Source: Lachnospiraceae bacterium (GTDB lineage: Bacteria > Bacillota > Clostridia > Lachnospirales > Lachnospiraceae). Taken from it: a DNA stretch of 64,000 nucleotides. The stretch covers positions 700 to 64,699 of the forward strand of contig JAAVAC010000021.1 in NCBI GenBank assembly GCA_014804265.1, read 5' to 3'. A program made the position numbers and the translations under genes. Position 1 is the stretch's first letter. Each line of letters begins with the position of its first letter. The notes beneath the pieces were generated by a model. The model was not told where the DNA came from. It saw nothing but the letters and a program-made list of their open reading frames with translations, and did not search any database. Of this stretch, positions 48,368 through 58,327 are shown one piece after another.

Positions 48368-49147
48368 TCAGCCTTCCAGATAACTGCGCATGATTTTCAA
48401 GGCATTTTTCTCCAGGCGGCTTACCTGGGCCTGGGAAATGCCTATGATTTCCGATACTTCGATCTGAGTCTTTCCTTCAAAAAAGCGCATGCTGATGATC
48501 TCATATTCTCTCTCATTCAGTTTTTTCATTGCTTCAAACAAAGAGATATGTTCCACCCACAATTCCTCTTTATTTTTTTTGTCGCTGATCTGATCCATTA
48601 CATAAAGGGTATCTCCCCCTTCCGTATAAATGGGTTCATAAAGGCTCATGGGGTTTTGAATGGCATCTAATGCATAAACGATGTCCTCCTTGGAAATGCC
48701 GATTTCCGTTGCGATTTCGGCTATGGTAGGCTCTACCAGATTTTTTTTTGTCATGGCTTCCTTCGTATAAATTGCCTTATAAGCTGTATCCTTTAAGGAA
48801 CGGCTCACCCGGATGCTGTTGTTATCCCGCAAATATCTTCTTATTTCTCCGATGATCATAGGTACGGCATAGGTGGAAAATTTGACCCCCAGCTCAGAAT
48901 TGAAATTATCAATTGCTTTCATAAGACCGATGCACCCTATCTGAAACAAATCATCCACATTTTCATTGCTTCCCGAAAAGCGTTTGATGATACTAAGCAC
49001 AAGCCTTAAATTTCCCTCAATATATTTCTCTCTTGCGGCGGTATCGCCCTCACCGATCTTCGCAAATAAAGCTTCCTTTTCTTCATTTTTCAGAAGAGGA
49101 AGCTTTGCCGTATTCACACCACATATTTCCACTTTTCCCATTGCCAT
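48368..49147 (-). CDS. sigG: sporulation sigma factor SigG
   Basis: The KVEICGVNTAKLPLLKNEEKEALF N-terminus plus its position downstream of sigE are typical of SigG. Confidence 0.9.
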   Translation of the reverse strand: MAMGKVEICGVNTAKLPLLKNEEKEALFAKIGEGDTAAREKYIEGNLRLVLSIIKRFSGSNENVDDLFQIGCIGLMKAIDNFNSELGVKFSTYAVPMIIGEIRRYLRDNNSIRVSRSLKDTAYKAIYTKEAMTKKNLVEPTIAEIATEIGISKEDIVYALDAIQNPMSLYEPIYTEGGDTLYVMDQISDKKNKEELWVEHISLFEAMKKLNEREYEIISMRFFEGKTQIEVSEIIGISQAQVSRLEKNALKIMRSYLEG

Positions 49148-49204
49148 CTTCTTCTATCCTCCCAGCAGCGTTTATACTAAAAGGATTTACAAAAGGCCGG
49201 GATT

Positions 49205-49945
49205 TTATACCTCTTTTGCCATTTCTCTTTTCAGTCTTTTCATGATTTTTTTCTCCAGCCTGGATATGTAGGATTGGGAAATGCCAAGAAGCGTGGCCAC
49301 CTCTTTCTGGGTCATTTCCTCGCCATCTTCTCTGTTTAATCCAAACCGCAGATTTACGATGGTTCTTTCCCGTTCCGACAATTTACTGATTGCCTTTTTT
49401 AATACATTTCTTTCTACTTCATCTTCGATATCCCTATAGATCACATCCTCTTCCGTGCCAAGTATATCCGACAATAAAAGTTCATTTCCGTCCCAATCCA
49501 CGTTCAGGGGCTCATCAATGGAAACTTCCATTTTTGTTTTATTATTTCTTCTAAGATACATTAAAATCTCATTTTCAATACATCTGGAAGCATATGTGGC
49601 AAGCTTTATGTTTTTATCCGGATTATAGGTATTGATGGATTTGATCAGTCCTATGGTTCCTATGGAAATCAAATCTTCTACCCCGATTCCCGTATTGTCG
49701 AATTTTTTGGCTATATATACTACCAGACGCAGGTTATGTTCGATTAAGGTTGCCTTTGCACTGTCTTCCTCCTCTGTGCCCAGATTCCTTATCATCTCTC
49801 CTTCTTCTTCCGCCTCTAAAGGCGGCGGAAGCACTTCCGCACCTCCTATATAATGAATATCGCCTTGCTTTCCCATTAGAAATCGGGGTTCTTTTTTTAC
49901 CAGTCGAAATTGTACCTTTCCCGGAATGGCTACTTTTAAAATCAT
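49205..49945 (-). CDS. sigE: sporulation sigma factor SigE (pro-sigma-E)
   Basis: Pro-sequence followed by [14 protein letters not shown] and [16 protein letters not shown]. Directly follows spoIIGA. Confidence 0.9.
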   Translation of the reverse strand: MILKVAIPGKVQFRLVKKEPRFLMGKQGDIHYIGGAEVLPPPLEAEEEGEMIRNLGTEEEDSAKATLIEHNLRLVVYIAKKFDNTGIGVEDLISIGTIGLIKSINTYNPDKNIKLATYASRCIENEILMYLRRNNKTKMEVSIDEPLNVDWDGNELLLSDILGTEEDVIYRDIEDEVERNVLKKAISKLSERERTIVNLRFGLNREDGEEMTQKEVATLLGISQSYISRLEKKIMKRLKREMAKEV

Positions 49946-49956
49946 GTACTCTCCTC

Positions 49957-50760
49957 CTATAACATTGGGTTTAAAATCAGGGAATACTCCCCTTTCATGC
50001 TTAATTTCTCTTCACAAACTCCTATCATGACCTGCTGCATCTTCCTTGAATCCTGCTCACTCCCAATTGTGATTTCCTCTGCAATAAATCCCCGCATGAT
50101 TCCAGCCTTATTTCCAATGGAATGATAAGGAATGGCATAAAAATTGCTTTCTAAAAGACAAATCCCTTCCCGGTTAAGAAGCTCTCTTTCTACAATAATT
50201 ACAGGCTTTTGACTGATAGGCTCTTTTAAATGATTTCCGGTATCCATAAGACCTGTAGCAAAAATACTTTTTTCCCCGATTCGAAGCATGACCGGAAGAT
50301 AAATCTGCTTTTCCCTAAAATTATCCCTGATAATCTCAATTCCTTTTCTCATGAACATACAGACAAATACAAGAGCCGCAAAAAAAGTCAATAGTTGGTG
50401 CCCACTTTGCCTAAGGACAGGAAATTTTTCATACAGAAAGTGGAAAAATCCTCCTGCCAGAAAATTGATTCCTAAAAAAAGCCCCAACGTCTTTAAAAAT
50501 TTCTGCCATGTGCCTCTTCCAAATGCAACCCTTATGGTCAAAACCGGAAAGAAAATGTATTCAAAAAAAATCACTGCCGCTCTTGGCAGAGACACTGGAA
50601 ATACATAAGGAAAAATACCTCCTATTCCGCTGATGAGAGCTCCAAGAAATATGTCCAACGAACCTTTTGAACCCTTCAGCGCTTTCTTTAACACAAACAA
50701 GAGGGCAAAATCCAATATAAAATATTTAAAGAATATTACATCTATGTATACGGTTACAAT
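49957..50760 (-). CDS. spoIIGA: sigma-E processing peptidase SpoIIGA
   Basis: Five-TM N-terminal half and a C-terminal aspartic protease half ([14 protein letters not shown]). The start is uncertain: homologs begin about where [11 protein letters not shown] lies, and there is only an ATT codon there, after AAAGGAGAG. Confidence 0.75.
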   Translation of the reverse strand: MVTVYIDVIFFKYFILDFALLFVLKKALKGSKGSLDIFLGALISGIGGIFPYVFPVSLPRAAVIFFEYIFFPVLTIRVAFGRGTWQKFLKTLGLFLGINFLAGGFFHFLYEKFPVLRQSGHQLLTFFAALVFVCMFMRKGIEIIRDNFREKQIYLPVMLRIGEKSIFATGLMDTGNHLKEPISQKPVIIVERELLNREGICLLESNFYAIPYHSIGNKAGIMRGFIAEEITIGSEQDSRKMQQVMIGVCEEKLSMKGEYSLILNPML

Positions 50761-50944
50761 CCTTCTCTCTCCTTTCCTTCCATAAACAATGTGGATTTTG
50801 TTTATGAAACTAGTATAAGGAATTTCTTTTACAATTGCTGTCGAAAGTAAGGAAGCAACCGCATTTTTTTCTCGACATTTTTGTACAAAAAAAGACTGCT
50901 TCACGAAGAAAACAGTCTCTGCTATTGAAAACAGCCACAAAACT

Positions 50945-52132
50945 CTATTTATTTCTCTGTAAGAAATCCGGAATCTTCAAGGACTGGGACTCTACATTGC
51001 TTTTTACCGCCTCCGGCTTCTGGATTCCCTGCAAAGGCTTCATTGGTGTAATGGAAGGAATGGGGCCGGTACCTGCATTTGGATTTTGTCCTAAAATACT
51101 GGTAGGAACCGGTTTCTTCCCAGCCTGTCCCACACCATTATGTACAAATCCATTGGAAAACTTGGTGGCAGGCATTGCAACAGGCTGCTCTAAGCCGGTA
51201 GCAATTACCGTAATGGTACAGGTATCTGTCTGGGTTTCATCATACATGGCACCAAAGATAATATTCACATCTTCTCCTGCAAGATCCTGTACATAGCTTG
51301 CTGCATCCGATGCATCTGCCAGTGTAATGTCTCCGGATACATTAATGATAACATGGGTAGCGCCGGATATGGTAGTCTCAAGAAGGGGAGAAGCAACTGC
51401 CATCTTCACAGCTTCGCTTGCCTTATCATCTCCCTTGCCCACACCAATGCCGATATGTGCGATTCCTTTATCCTTCATAACCGTCTGTACATCTGCAAAG
51501 TCCAGATTGATAACTGCAGGCACATTGATCAAATCGGTAATGCCCTGTACTGCCTGCTGCAATACTTCATCTGCTTTCTTTAACGCATCCGGCATGGTAG
51601 TTCTCCTGTCTACGATTTCTAATAGCTTGTCATTTGGTATGACGATCAGCGTATCCACGCTTTCTTTTAGCTTCTCAATACCGCTTACTGCATTTTCCAT
51701 GCGGGTCCTTGCCTCGAATTTAAAAGGCTTCGTCACTACGCCAACCGTTAAGATTCCCATCTCTTTTGCTGCCTTGGCAACTACAGGAGCCGCACCGGTT
51801 CCGGTACCGCCTCCCATTCCGCATGTAACAAATACCATATCGGAACCCTTTAAAGAAGCGGTTATCTCTTCAATGCTTTCCTCAGCGGCTTTTTCACCGA
51901 TTTCAGGCTTTGCCCCGGCACCAAGCCCCTTTGTAAGCTTTTCACCGATTTGCAACAGCTTTGGAGCCTTACACAGCTGAAGTGCCTGCTTGTCCGTATT
52001 CACTCCAACAAAATCAACTCCATCAATATTTTCATCAACCATTCTATTTACAGCATTATTTCCTGCACCACCAACACCAACAACGATGATCTTAGCTGCA
52101 GCATCTGCATCATTTGACTTAATTTCCAGCAA
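50945..52132 (-). CDS. ftsZ: cell division protein FtsZ
   Basis: [14 protein letters not shown] and [15 protein letters not shown] tubulin signatures. Confidence 0.97.
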   Translation of the reverse strand: MLEIKSNDADAAAKIIVVGVGGAGNNAVNRMVDENIDGVDFVGVNTDKQALQLCKAPKLLQIGEKLTKGLGAGAKPEIGEKAAEESIEEITASLKGSDMVFVTCGMGGGTGTGAAPVVAKAAKEMGILTVGVVTKPFKFEARTRMENAVSGIEKLKESVDTLIVIPNDKLLEIVDRRTTMPDALKKADEVLQQAVQGITDLINVPAVINLDFADVQTVMKDKGIAHIGIGVGKGDDKASEAVKMAVASPLLETTISGATHVIINVSGDITLADASDAASYVQDLAGEDVNIIFGAMYDETQTDTCTITVIATGLEQPVAMPATKFSNGFVHNGVGQAGKKPVPTSILGQNPNAGTGPIPSITPMKPLQGIQKPEAVKSNVESQSLKIPDFLQRNK

Positions 52133-52245
52133 GGTTCTTCCTCCTCCAAATCCCTTTTAAAATTCCATATACTCTATCATATAATTTTTTAAGAAATTTA
52201 TCAACCTGTATTTTTATTTTTTTTCGTATTTTAATTGTTTTTTTT

Positions 52246-52986
52246 CTATTCAGGCTTAAAAGATACTCTCTCTGTACCCTCCCCATAATCTTCCATATGA
52301 AGTACTCCGGATTTTCCTTCCAGTTCAGGCAAAATATGGCTTAATTGCATGACTTTCTGGTCTATATTTTCCTTTGTGCCCAAAGCCGCTCTTGCTTCAC
52401 CAAAATACAAAGTCATATTTCCTGCCTTATCGAAATGAAGCTTATCGGCATCAATCTCATACTTTTCCAGAAGCTGGGTCATACTCAGTATTTCTTTGAA
52501 AATATCCTCATTCTCCACGGGAAGCTTTTCGTATAGTACGATATATCCATAAGACAGACCGGTTATCTGGGGAATTCCCCGGGTAGTTTCCGATGCGCTT
52601 TCCACCACGATGCCCTCTCTGTCAAAATACATATATTTCCCCAGATATTCCACACAACCTGCCAATGCTTTTTCATACACCGTGATCTTTATGGAATGGG
52701 ACGATACCACTTCCACAGACATAGACTCGATAAAGGGTATATCCGCAATTTCCCTGTTATGGTATTTCAAAGCAAGAAACAGGGAATTTTCCGAAAGTCC
52801 GTCTTTTACTATCATTTCCTGTATCTCTTCTTTTGTATAATGCTCATTTCCTGTCACTTCCACTTCCGTTACCTTATAGTAACTGGTCAGAAACAGGATC
52901 CCAAAGCAGAACAGAGCGATACATGCCAGAGCAAACGATATCCTTATTCGGTTTTTCATAAAAAAATGTACATTAACTTTTTTCAA
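52246..52986 (-). CDS. ftsQ: cell division protein FtsQ/DivIB
   Basis: Single TM segment plus a POTRA-like segment (YKVTEVEVTGNEHYTKEEI). Position is upstream of ftsZ. Confidence 0.75.
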   Translation of the reverse strand: MKKVNVHFFMKNRIRISFALACIALFCFGILFLTSYYKVTEVEVTGNEHYTKEEIQEMIVKDGLSENSLFLALKYHNREIADIPFIESMSVEVVSSHSIKITVYEKALAGCVEYLGKYMYFDREGIVVESASETTRGIPQITGLSYGYIVLYEKLPVENEDIFKEILSMTQLLEKYEIDADKLHFDKAGNMTLYFGEARAALGTKENIDQKVMQLSHILPELEGKSGVLHMEDYGEGTERVSFKPE

Positions 52987-54223
52987 TCTTGGCTCCTAAG
53001 CATTTTAAATCTCTTACAATGTCTTCATAGCCTCTCTCTATATAAGAAAGACCGTCAATCTTTGTTTTTCCCTGGGCTAAAAGACCAGCAATTACCAGTG
53101 CTGCTCCTCCCCGCAGCTCCTCCGCCTTCACATCCATTCCACTAAGCCTTTCCACACCATAGATCAATGCCTGGTTTTCCTTAAGGAAAATTCTGGCGCC
53201 CATCCGGTTTAACTCCTTTGCCACGCGAAAACGGTTTTCAAAAATAGTCTCCCGTATGATGCTGATTCCATCCGCTCTGGCCAGGACTGCCATCAGGGGG
53301 GATTGTAAATCCGTAGGGAATCCAGGGTATACTTTTGTTTCCATAAAGGGAATGGCTCGATCCGCCTCTTCTCCATTCAAAAAGATACAATCCTGTTCCA
53401 CATGAAGTTTTGCTCCCATGTTCCTTAACATAAGAAGCAGGGAATCCATTTGATGTACCGGGGCATTTTCCAAAAGGACCGCACCTCTTGTAGCTGCTCC
53501 AGCCAACAGGTAAGTACCGGCTACGATTCTATCAGGCACTACGGTAAATTCCGTTTCCTTTAGGGAGTCCACGCCCTCAATTTCCAATGTTTCCGTACCG
53601 ATTCCGTGAATCCTTGCACCTGCCTTTTGCAAAAATCGGCAGACTTCCGTCACTTCCGGTTCCTTTGCTGCTCCCTTTATAACTGTGACGCCTTCCGCAA
53701 ATACGGCTGCCAGAACAATATTCTGGGTGGCTCCTACACTGGGAAAGGGAAGAAAAATCTCATTTCCCTTAAGCTTCCCTGCGTTTGCCCGTATCGTCTC
53801 CTCTGCTTCCGTAAATTCCACTCCAAGCCTTTCTAAAGCTCCAAGATGCATATCAATAGGACGTTCTCCGATTACGCAGCCACCCGGATAATGGATGGAC
53901 ACTTCTTTTTTTCTTGCAAGCATGGCGCCTATAAAAATAATGGAGGAGCGCATTACTTTCACATATTCCTCCGGCAGTGCAGTACTTGTGATATCTTTTG
54001 CATCTATTTCCAGGCAATGCCCTGTGAACCTTACCTTGCAGCCTATGCTTTCCAATATTTTAATCATGGAAAATATATCTGATATCCTTGGACAGTTATG
54101 TATCACTGACACACCCTTTATCAGTACAGATGCCGCCAACAAAGGCAGCGCTGCATTCTTTGAGCCTTGTATGGCCACTTCTCCGCATAAGGTATTTCCA
54201 CCTGTGATATCAATAGACTTCAT
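52973..54223 (-). CDS. murA: UDP-N-acetylglucosamine 1-carboxyvinyltransferase
   Basis: 416 aa. GEVAIQGSKNAALPLLAA and the GGCVIGERPID active-site Cys loop. Confidence 0.92.
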   Translation of the reverse strand: MKSIDITGGNTLCGEVAIQGSKNAALPLLAASVLIKGVSVIHNCPRISDIFSMIKILESIGCKVRFTGHCLEIDAKDITSTALPEEYVKVMRSSIIFIGAMLARKKEVSIHYPGGCVIGERPIDMHLGALERLGVEFTEAEETIRANAGKLKGNEIFLPFPSVGATQNIVLAAVFAEGVTVIKGAAKEPEVTEVCRFLQKAGARIHGIGTETLEIEGVDSLKETEFTVVPDRIVAGTYLLAGAATRGAVLLENAPVHQMDSLLLMLRNMGAKLHVEQDCIFLNGEEADRAIPFMETKVYPGFPTDLQSPLMAVLARADGISIIRETIFENRFRVAKELNRMGARIFLKENQALIYGVERLSGMDVKAEELRGGAALVIAGLLAQGKTKIDGLSYIERGYEDIVRDLKCLGAKIEKS

Positions 54224-54311
54224 ATTCCACCTTCTAAGTATTTTTTAGTCAAGGAAATCCAAATCTATTTCTATCCTATGCGGATTTTTTTTAAATGTGT
54301 CTTTTTTCTCA

Positions 54312-55502
54312 CTATCCTACATCATTTAACCGAATGCCCTTTGATACACTGAGCACAAGCCCGATTTCTGAAAGCAGAAACAAAACCGAAGTACCTCCGT
54401 AGCTGATGAACGGCAGAGAGATTCCCGTATTCGGTATGGTATTGGTCACTACCGCAATATTCAAAATAACCTGAATGGCGATATGGCCTAACACTCCTAC
54501 TACTAAAAGAGCTCCAAATAAATCGGTGGCATTATTGGCAATTACCATAAACCGCCATATCAGCAGAATAAAAAGCAAAATAATGGACAAGGCTCCAAAA
54601 AGCCCCAGTTCCTCACATATAATGGAGAAAATCATATCGTTCTGGGCTTCCGGCAGAAATCCAAGCTTCTGCATGGAACGGCCTAACCCTTTGCCAAACA
54701 GATTGCCAGATCCAATGGCATATAATGCCTGCAGGGTCTGAAAGCCTTCATCGGAAGCATATTTTTCCGGATCCAGCCATGCAATGATACGATCACCACG
54801 AAACCCTGCGTCCGACTGTATTCCGCCATCTGCTGCCGCATCTGCCTGGCCCTCCGCATTTTTTACGATTACAAATACAATAAGAGCAGCCGCTGCACAG
54901 ACAGCCAGCGCCATCAGCACGAACCTTTTATAATCCGGTGCAGCCACAAATACCATCAGAACTGCAATGCCGCCAACAATAATGGCAGAGCTTAAATTAT
55001 TGGTCACTTTCCAGATCAAAAGACAAATAGGGGCTGCCGCACCTACTGCCAGGCCAAAGCCTTTCCATGTACGGATTCCTTTTCCCATTTTGCATACTAA
55101 AACCGCCAGGAATAAAATCATGGCAAGCTTTGCGATTTCCGCAGGCTGTAAAGATAACGGCCCAAGCCGGAGCCATCTTCTTGCCCCCTTTACTTCATGT
55201 CCTAAAGGCGAAAGCACCATTAATATCAACACTACCGCCGCTATGTAACCAATCACCGCAAATTTTTCCCAAACATGATAATTAATCTTGGATACTACCA
55301 GCATACAGAATATTCCAAGGGCAGTGGACATCAGCTGCTTTTTCAAATAATAGGCAGAATCTCCATAATCCAGAGCTGCCTCATAGGAACTGGTGGAATA
55401 GAGCATTACTAATCCAAAACCAAGCAAAAACAGTACAATAAACAACAGTGTGTAGTCGAAAAAATATTCATTTTGTTTTCTGTTCTTCCTTCTTCCTGCC
55501 AC
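54312..55502 (-). CDS. FtsW/RodA/SpoVE family peptidoglycan polymerase
   Basis: About 10 TM segments. SEGFQTLQALYAIGSGNLFGKGLG and PFISYGGTS blocks. Confidence 0.88.
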   Translation of the reverse strand: MAGRRKNRKQNEYFFDYTLLFIVLFLLGFGLVMLYSTSSYEAALDYGDSAYYLKKQLMSTALGIFCMLVVSKINYHVWEKFAVIGYIAAVVLILMVLSPLGHEVKGARRWLRLGPLSLQPAEIAKLAMILFLAVLVCKMGKGIRTWKGFGLAVGAAAPICLLIWKVTNNLSSAIIVGGIAVLMVFVAAPDYKRFVLMALAVCAAAALIVFVIVKNAEGQADAAADGGIQSDAGFRGDRIIAWLDPEKYASDEGFQTLQALYAIGSGNLFGKGLGRSMQKLGFLPEAQNDMIFSIICEELGLFGALSIILLFILLIWRFMVIANNATDLFGALLVVGVLGHIAIQVILNIAVVTNTIPNTGISLPFISYGGTSVLFLLSEIGLVLSVSKGIRLNDVG

Positions 55503-55527
55503 AAACCTTCCTCTTTTCTCATCATTC

Positions 55528-56484
55528 TTAAACGCCCATCAATGCAATCAGGCATAAAATTGCAGTTACTATGGAAAATACCGCAACTACTTTTGTTTCC
55601 TTCCATCCGCAAAGTTCAAAGTGATGATGGATAGGAGCCATTTTAAAAATACGTTTGCCCCCAGTAAGCTTAAAGTAACTAACCTGCAGAATAACGGATA
55701 CGACCTCAATCAGATAAATAAAACCTACGATTACGATAAACAGGGGCATCTGCATCATATATGCCGCTGCTGCCACAAAGCCTCCAAGGGCAAGAGAGCC
55801 TGTATCACCCATAAATACGCTGGCAGGATGCACATTGAACAGCAAGAAGCCCAAAAGCGCCCCTACGGTAGCGCAGGTAATAGGTTCTATTCCGCTTCCT
55901 GTCCCCACTGCAACCACGGTAAAGAAAGTAGCTACCAAAATGGTGACGCTGGTTGCAAGGCCGTCCAGTCCATCCGTAAAATTAGTGCCGTTTACCGTTG
56001 CAATCATGACAAAAAATAAAAATGGTACATTCAGGATGCCTAAATCCATATAGCTTCCTTTGAAAAAAGGAATCTTCATGGAAAGGCTGATGCCTAACAC
56101 ATTTACTACATAATAAGCGAATACTGCAGTTACGATGAACTGGAGCAGCATCTTCTGCCAGGCCCTCAGCCCCATGGAACGCTTCAACACTACTTTAATA
56201 TAATCATCTATAAATCCAATGAGCCCAAATCCCAGTGTAGAAAATAAAATGGGCAGAAGCTTTGGATAATCCTTTACATAAATAAGCGAAGTGACGGTAA
56301 TCGCTGCCAGAATTATAATGCCTCCCATGGTGGGGGTTCCTGTTTTCTTCAGATGGCTTTCCGGTCCCTCTTCCCTGACAGTCTGACCTGCCTTGACCTT
56401 CCGCAAAAAAGGAATCATAATGGGACCAAGCGCTGCGCTGATTATAAATGCTATCAAAACCGGTATTATAATTCTGTTCATCAT
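55528..56484 (-). CDS. mraY: phospho-N-acetylmuramoyl-pentapeptide transferase
   Basis: KKTGTPTMGGI, NFTDGLDGLA, and MGDTGSLALGG motifs. Confidence 0.95.
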   Translation of the reverse strand: MMNRIIIPVLIAFIISAALGPIMIPFLRKVKAGQTVREEGPESHLKKTGTPTMGGIIILAAITVTSLIYVKDYPKLLPILFSTLGFGLIGFIDDYIKVVLKRSMGLRAWQKMLLQFIVTAVFAYYVVNVLGISLSMKIPFFKGSYMDLGILNVPFLFFVMIATVNGTNFTDGLDGLATSVTILVATFFTVVAVGTGSGIEPITCATVGALLGFLLFNVHPASVFMGDTGSLALGGFVAAAAYMMQMPLFIVIVGFIYLIEVVSVILQVSYFKLTGGKRIFKMAPIHHHFELCGWKETKVVAVFSIVTAILCLIALMGV

Positions 56485-56539
56485 GTTCTTACTTTCCTTT
56501 CACATCTTATCCACTTTTGGGAGGCTGGTGCCACACATA

Positions 56540-58252
56540 CTATTTAGTATAATCTATTTTATCCAAATAAGGAAGAATATTTTCAAAAAGCTTTTTTACT
56601 ACCGGTGCAGCGATCTGACCGCCATAATAGATACCCTTTGGATTATTGATGACTACAAGAGCCAGCACCTGGGGATCATCTGCCGGATAAAAACCAAGAA
56701 AGGAAGAAATGTATTTTCCGCTTCCTCTTGGAAGGGTCTGGCTGGTGGCCGTTTTCCCTCCTATGGCAAAGCCTTCTATCTTAGCCTTCTGTCCTCCGCC
56801 GTTTTCCACAACCTGTTCTAAGATCATCCTCATAGTCTCCGAAGTTTCCTTGGAAACGATACCTTTTTTCACAGGATAGGTAAAGGTTTCTACTGTATTT
56901 CCGTCTGCATCCTTTGCCTCTACCCCAAAATGGGGGGTAATGCGGTTTCCGCCATTGATAATGGAACTTACGGTAGTCGCCAGCTGGATAGGTGTAATCT
57001 GAAAGGACTGACCGAAGGAAACGGTTGCCAGCTCTACCAGTCCCATATTTTCCTTTTTGTGCATAATCGTGCCCGCTTCACCCGGAAGATCCACCCCTGT
57101 TTTTTCTAAAAGCCCAAATTGTTGAAAGTATGAATAATACCTGTCCACCCCAAGCCTCAGTCCCACATCCACAAATACCGGATTGCAGGAATTCATGGTT
57201 GCCTGTATGAAATTTTCTCCGCCATGGCCGCTTGTTTTATGACATCTGATTTTCCTGTCTTCCACGATGATGAACCCCGGGCAGGAAAAGGTATCGTTTA
57301 TCGTTACCGCTCCTGCCTCTAAAGCTGCCGTAGCAGTTATGATCTTAAAGGTAGAGCCCGGCTCATAAGTATCATTAATGACTCCGTTTCTCCACATCTG
57401 GTTCAGGGCATCCTGAGTGGCTTCCCCTTCTGTCAACAATGTAAAGGGATCGTTTAAATGAAACTCCGGCAAATTTACCATGGCCAGTATTTCACCGTTT
57501 TTAGGATTCATGACAAGCATGGATACCGCATCTGCTTCTTTTGCCTCCATGACCTGTTCACAAAGCTGCGTGGCATAGGACTGAATATTAAAATCCATGC
57601 TGATGTATAAATCGTTTCCCGGTACGGGCTCTTTTCTGTTTTCTCCCTCCTTGTCGATTTCCACACCTCTTGCATCGGTTATGGTATAGATAATTCCGTC
57701 TTCGCCCTTTAAATAGTCCTCATATTTTACTTCCAGACCGATAATGCCCTGATTGTCGCTTCCTGTAAAGCCAAGGACCTTGCTGGCAAGGTCATCAAAA
57801 GGATAATATCTTTTATAATCTTCATCTACCTTGACTCCTGCCAGATTGTATTCTCTGATAATATCTCCCACTTCCTTGCTAACATTGCTTTTTATCTTCT
57901 CAATGGCTGATATTTTCTCTACTTTTTTCTTTGCGGTTTCCTCGGATATGCCAAGCTCCTTTACGAGCATCGCCGCAACCTGGTCCGGTTCTTCTATCTG
58001 GCTGTGGATGACCGATATGGTGCAGACTGTCCGATTGGTAGCAAGCACCTGTCCAGTTGAATCTATAATCCTTCCTCTGGCTGCCTTAATGGACCTTTCT
58101 CTTTCATGAAGATCCTCCGCCAACGTAGTATAGTATTCACCCTGATAAATCATCAGATAGACCAGCCTGCCTCCCAGCCCTAAAAGAGCCAGAGTACAGC
58201 ATAGAAACAGCACAACGATCTTCTTTCGATTATAAGTTTTATATCCCCGCAT
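56540..58252 (-). CDS. class B penicillin-binding protein (FtsI/SpoVD-like transpeptidase)
   Basis: N-terminal TM segment, dimerisation domain, and transpeptidase motifs STFK, SCN, KTAT. Confidence 0.9.
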   Translation of the reverse strand: MRGYKTYNRKKIVVLFLCCTLALLGLGGRLVYLMIYQGEYYTTLAEDLHERERSIKAARGRIIDSTGQVLATNRTVCTISVIHSQIEEPDQVAAMLVKELGISEETAKKKVEKISAIEKIKSNVSKEVGDIIREYNLAGVKVDEDYKRYYPFDDLASKVLGFTGSDNQGIIGLEVKYEDYLKGEDGIIYTITDARGVEIDKEGENRKEPVPGNDLYISMDFNIQSYATQLCEQVMEAKEADAVSMLVMNPKNGEILAMVNLPEFHLNDPFTLLTEGEATQDALNQMWRNGVINDTYEPGSTFKIITATAALEAGAVTINDTFSCPGFIIVEDRKIRCHKTSGHGGENFIQATMNSCNPVFVDVGLRLGVDRYYSYFQQFGLLEKTGVDLPGEAGTIMHKKENMGLVELATVSFGQSFQITPIQLATTVSSIINGGNRITPHFGVEAKDADGNTVETFTYPVKKGIVSKETSETMRMILEQVVENGGGQKAKIEGFAIGGKTATSQTLPRGSGKYISSFLGFYPADDPQVLALVVINNPKGIYYGGQIAAPVVKKLFENILPYLDKIDYTK

Positions 58253-58327
58253 ACAGTCCCCGTGAAATATTCTTACTTATAATCTATTGTAGTATTTCCT
58301 TTCTTATTCCAGTATTCCACTTATCTT

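Noticed and set aside
51327-51980. Long antisense ORFs lie inside ftsZ (217 aa) and inside the ROK, PBP and other genes (for example 4720..5349 and 58718..59305).
   Set aside because: They are shadow frames opposite strongly supported genes. Their composition is Ser/Thr/Pro/Cys-rich, as is typical of antisense translation.
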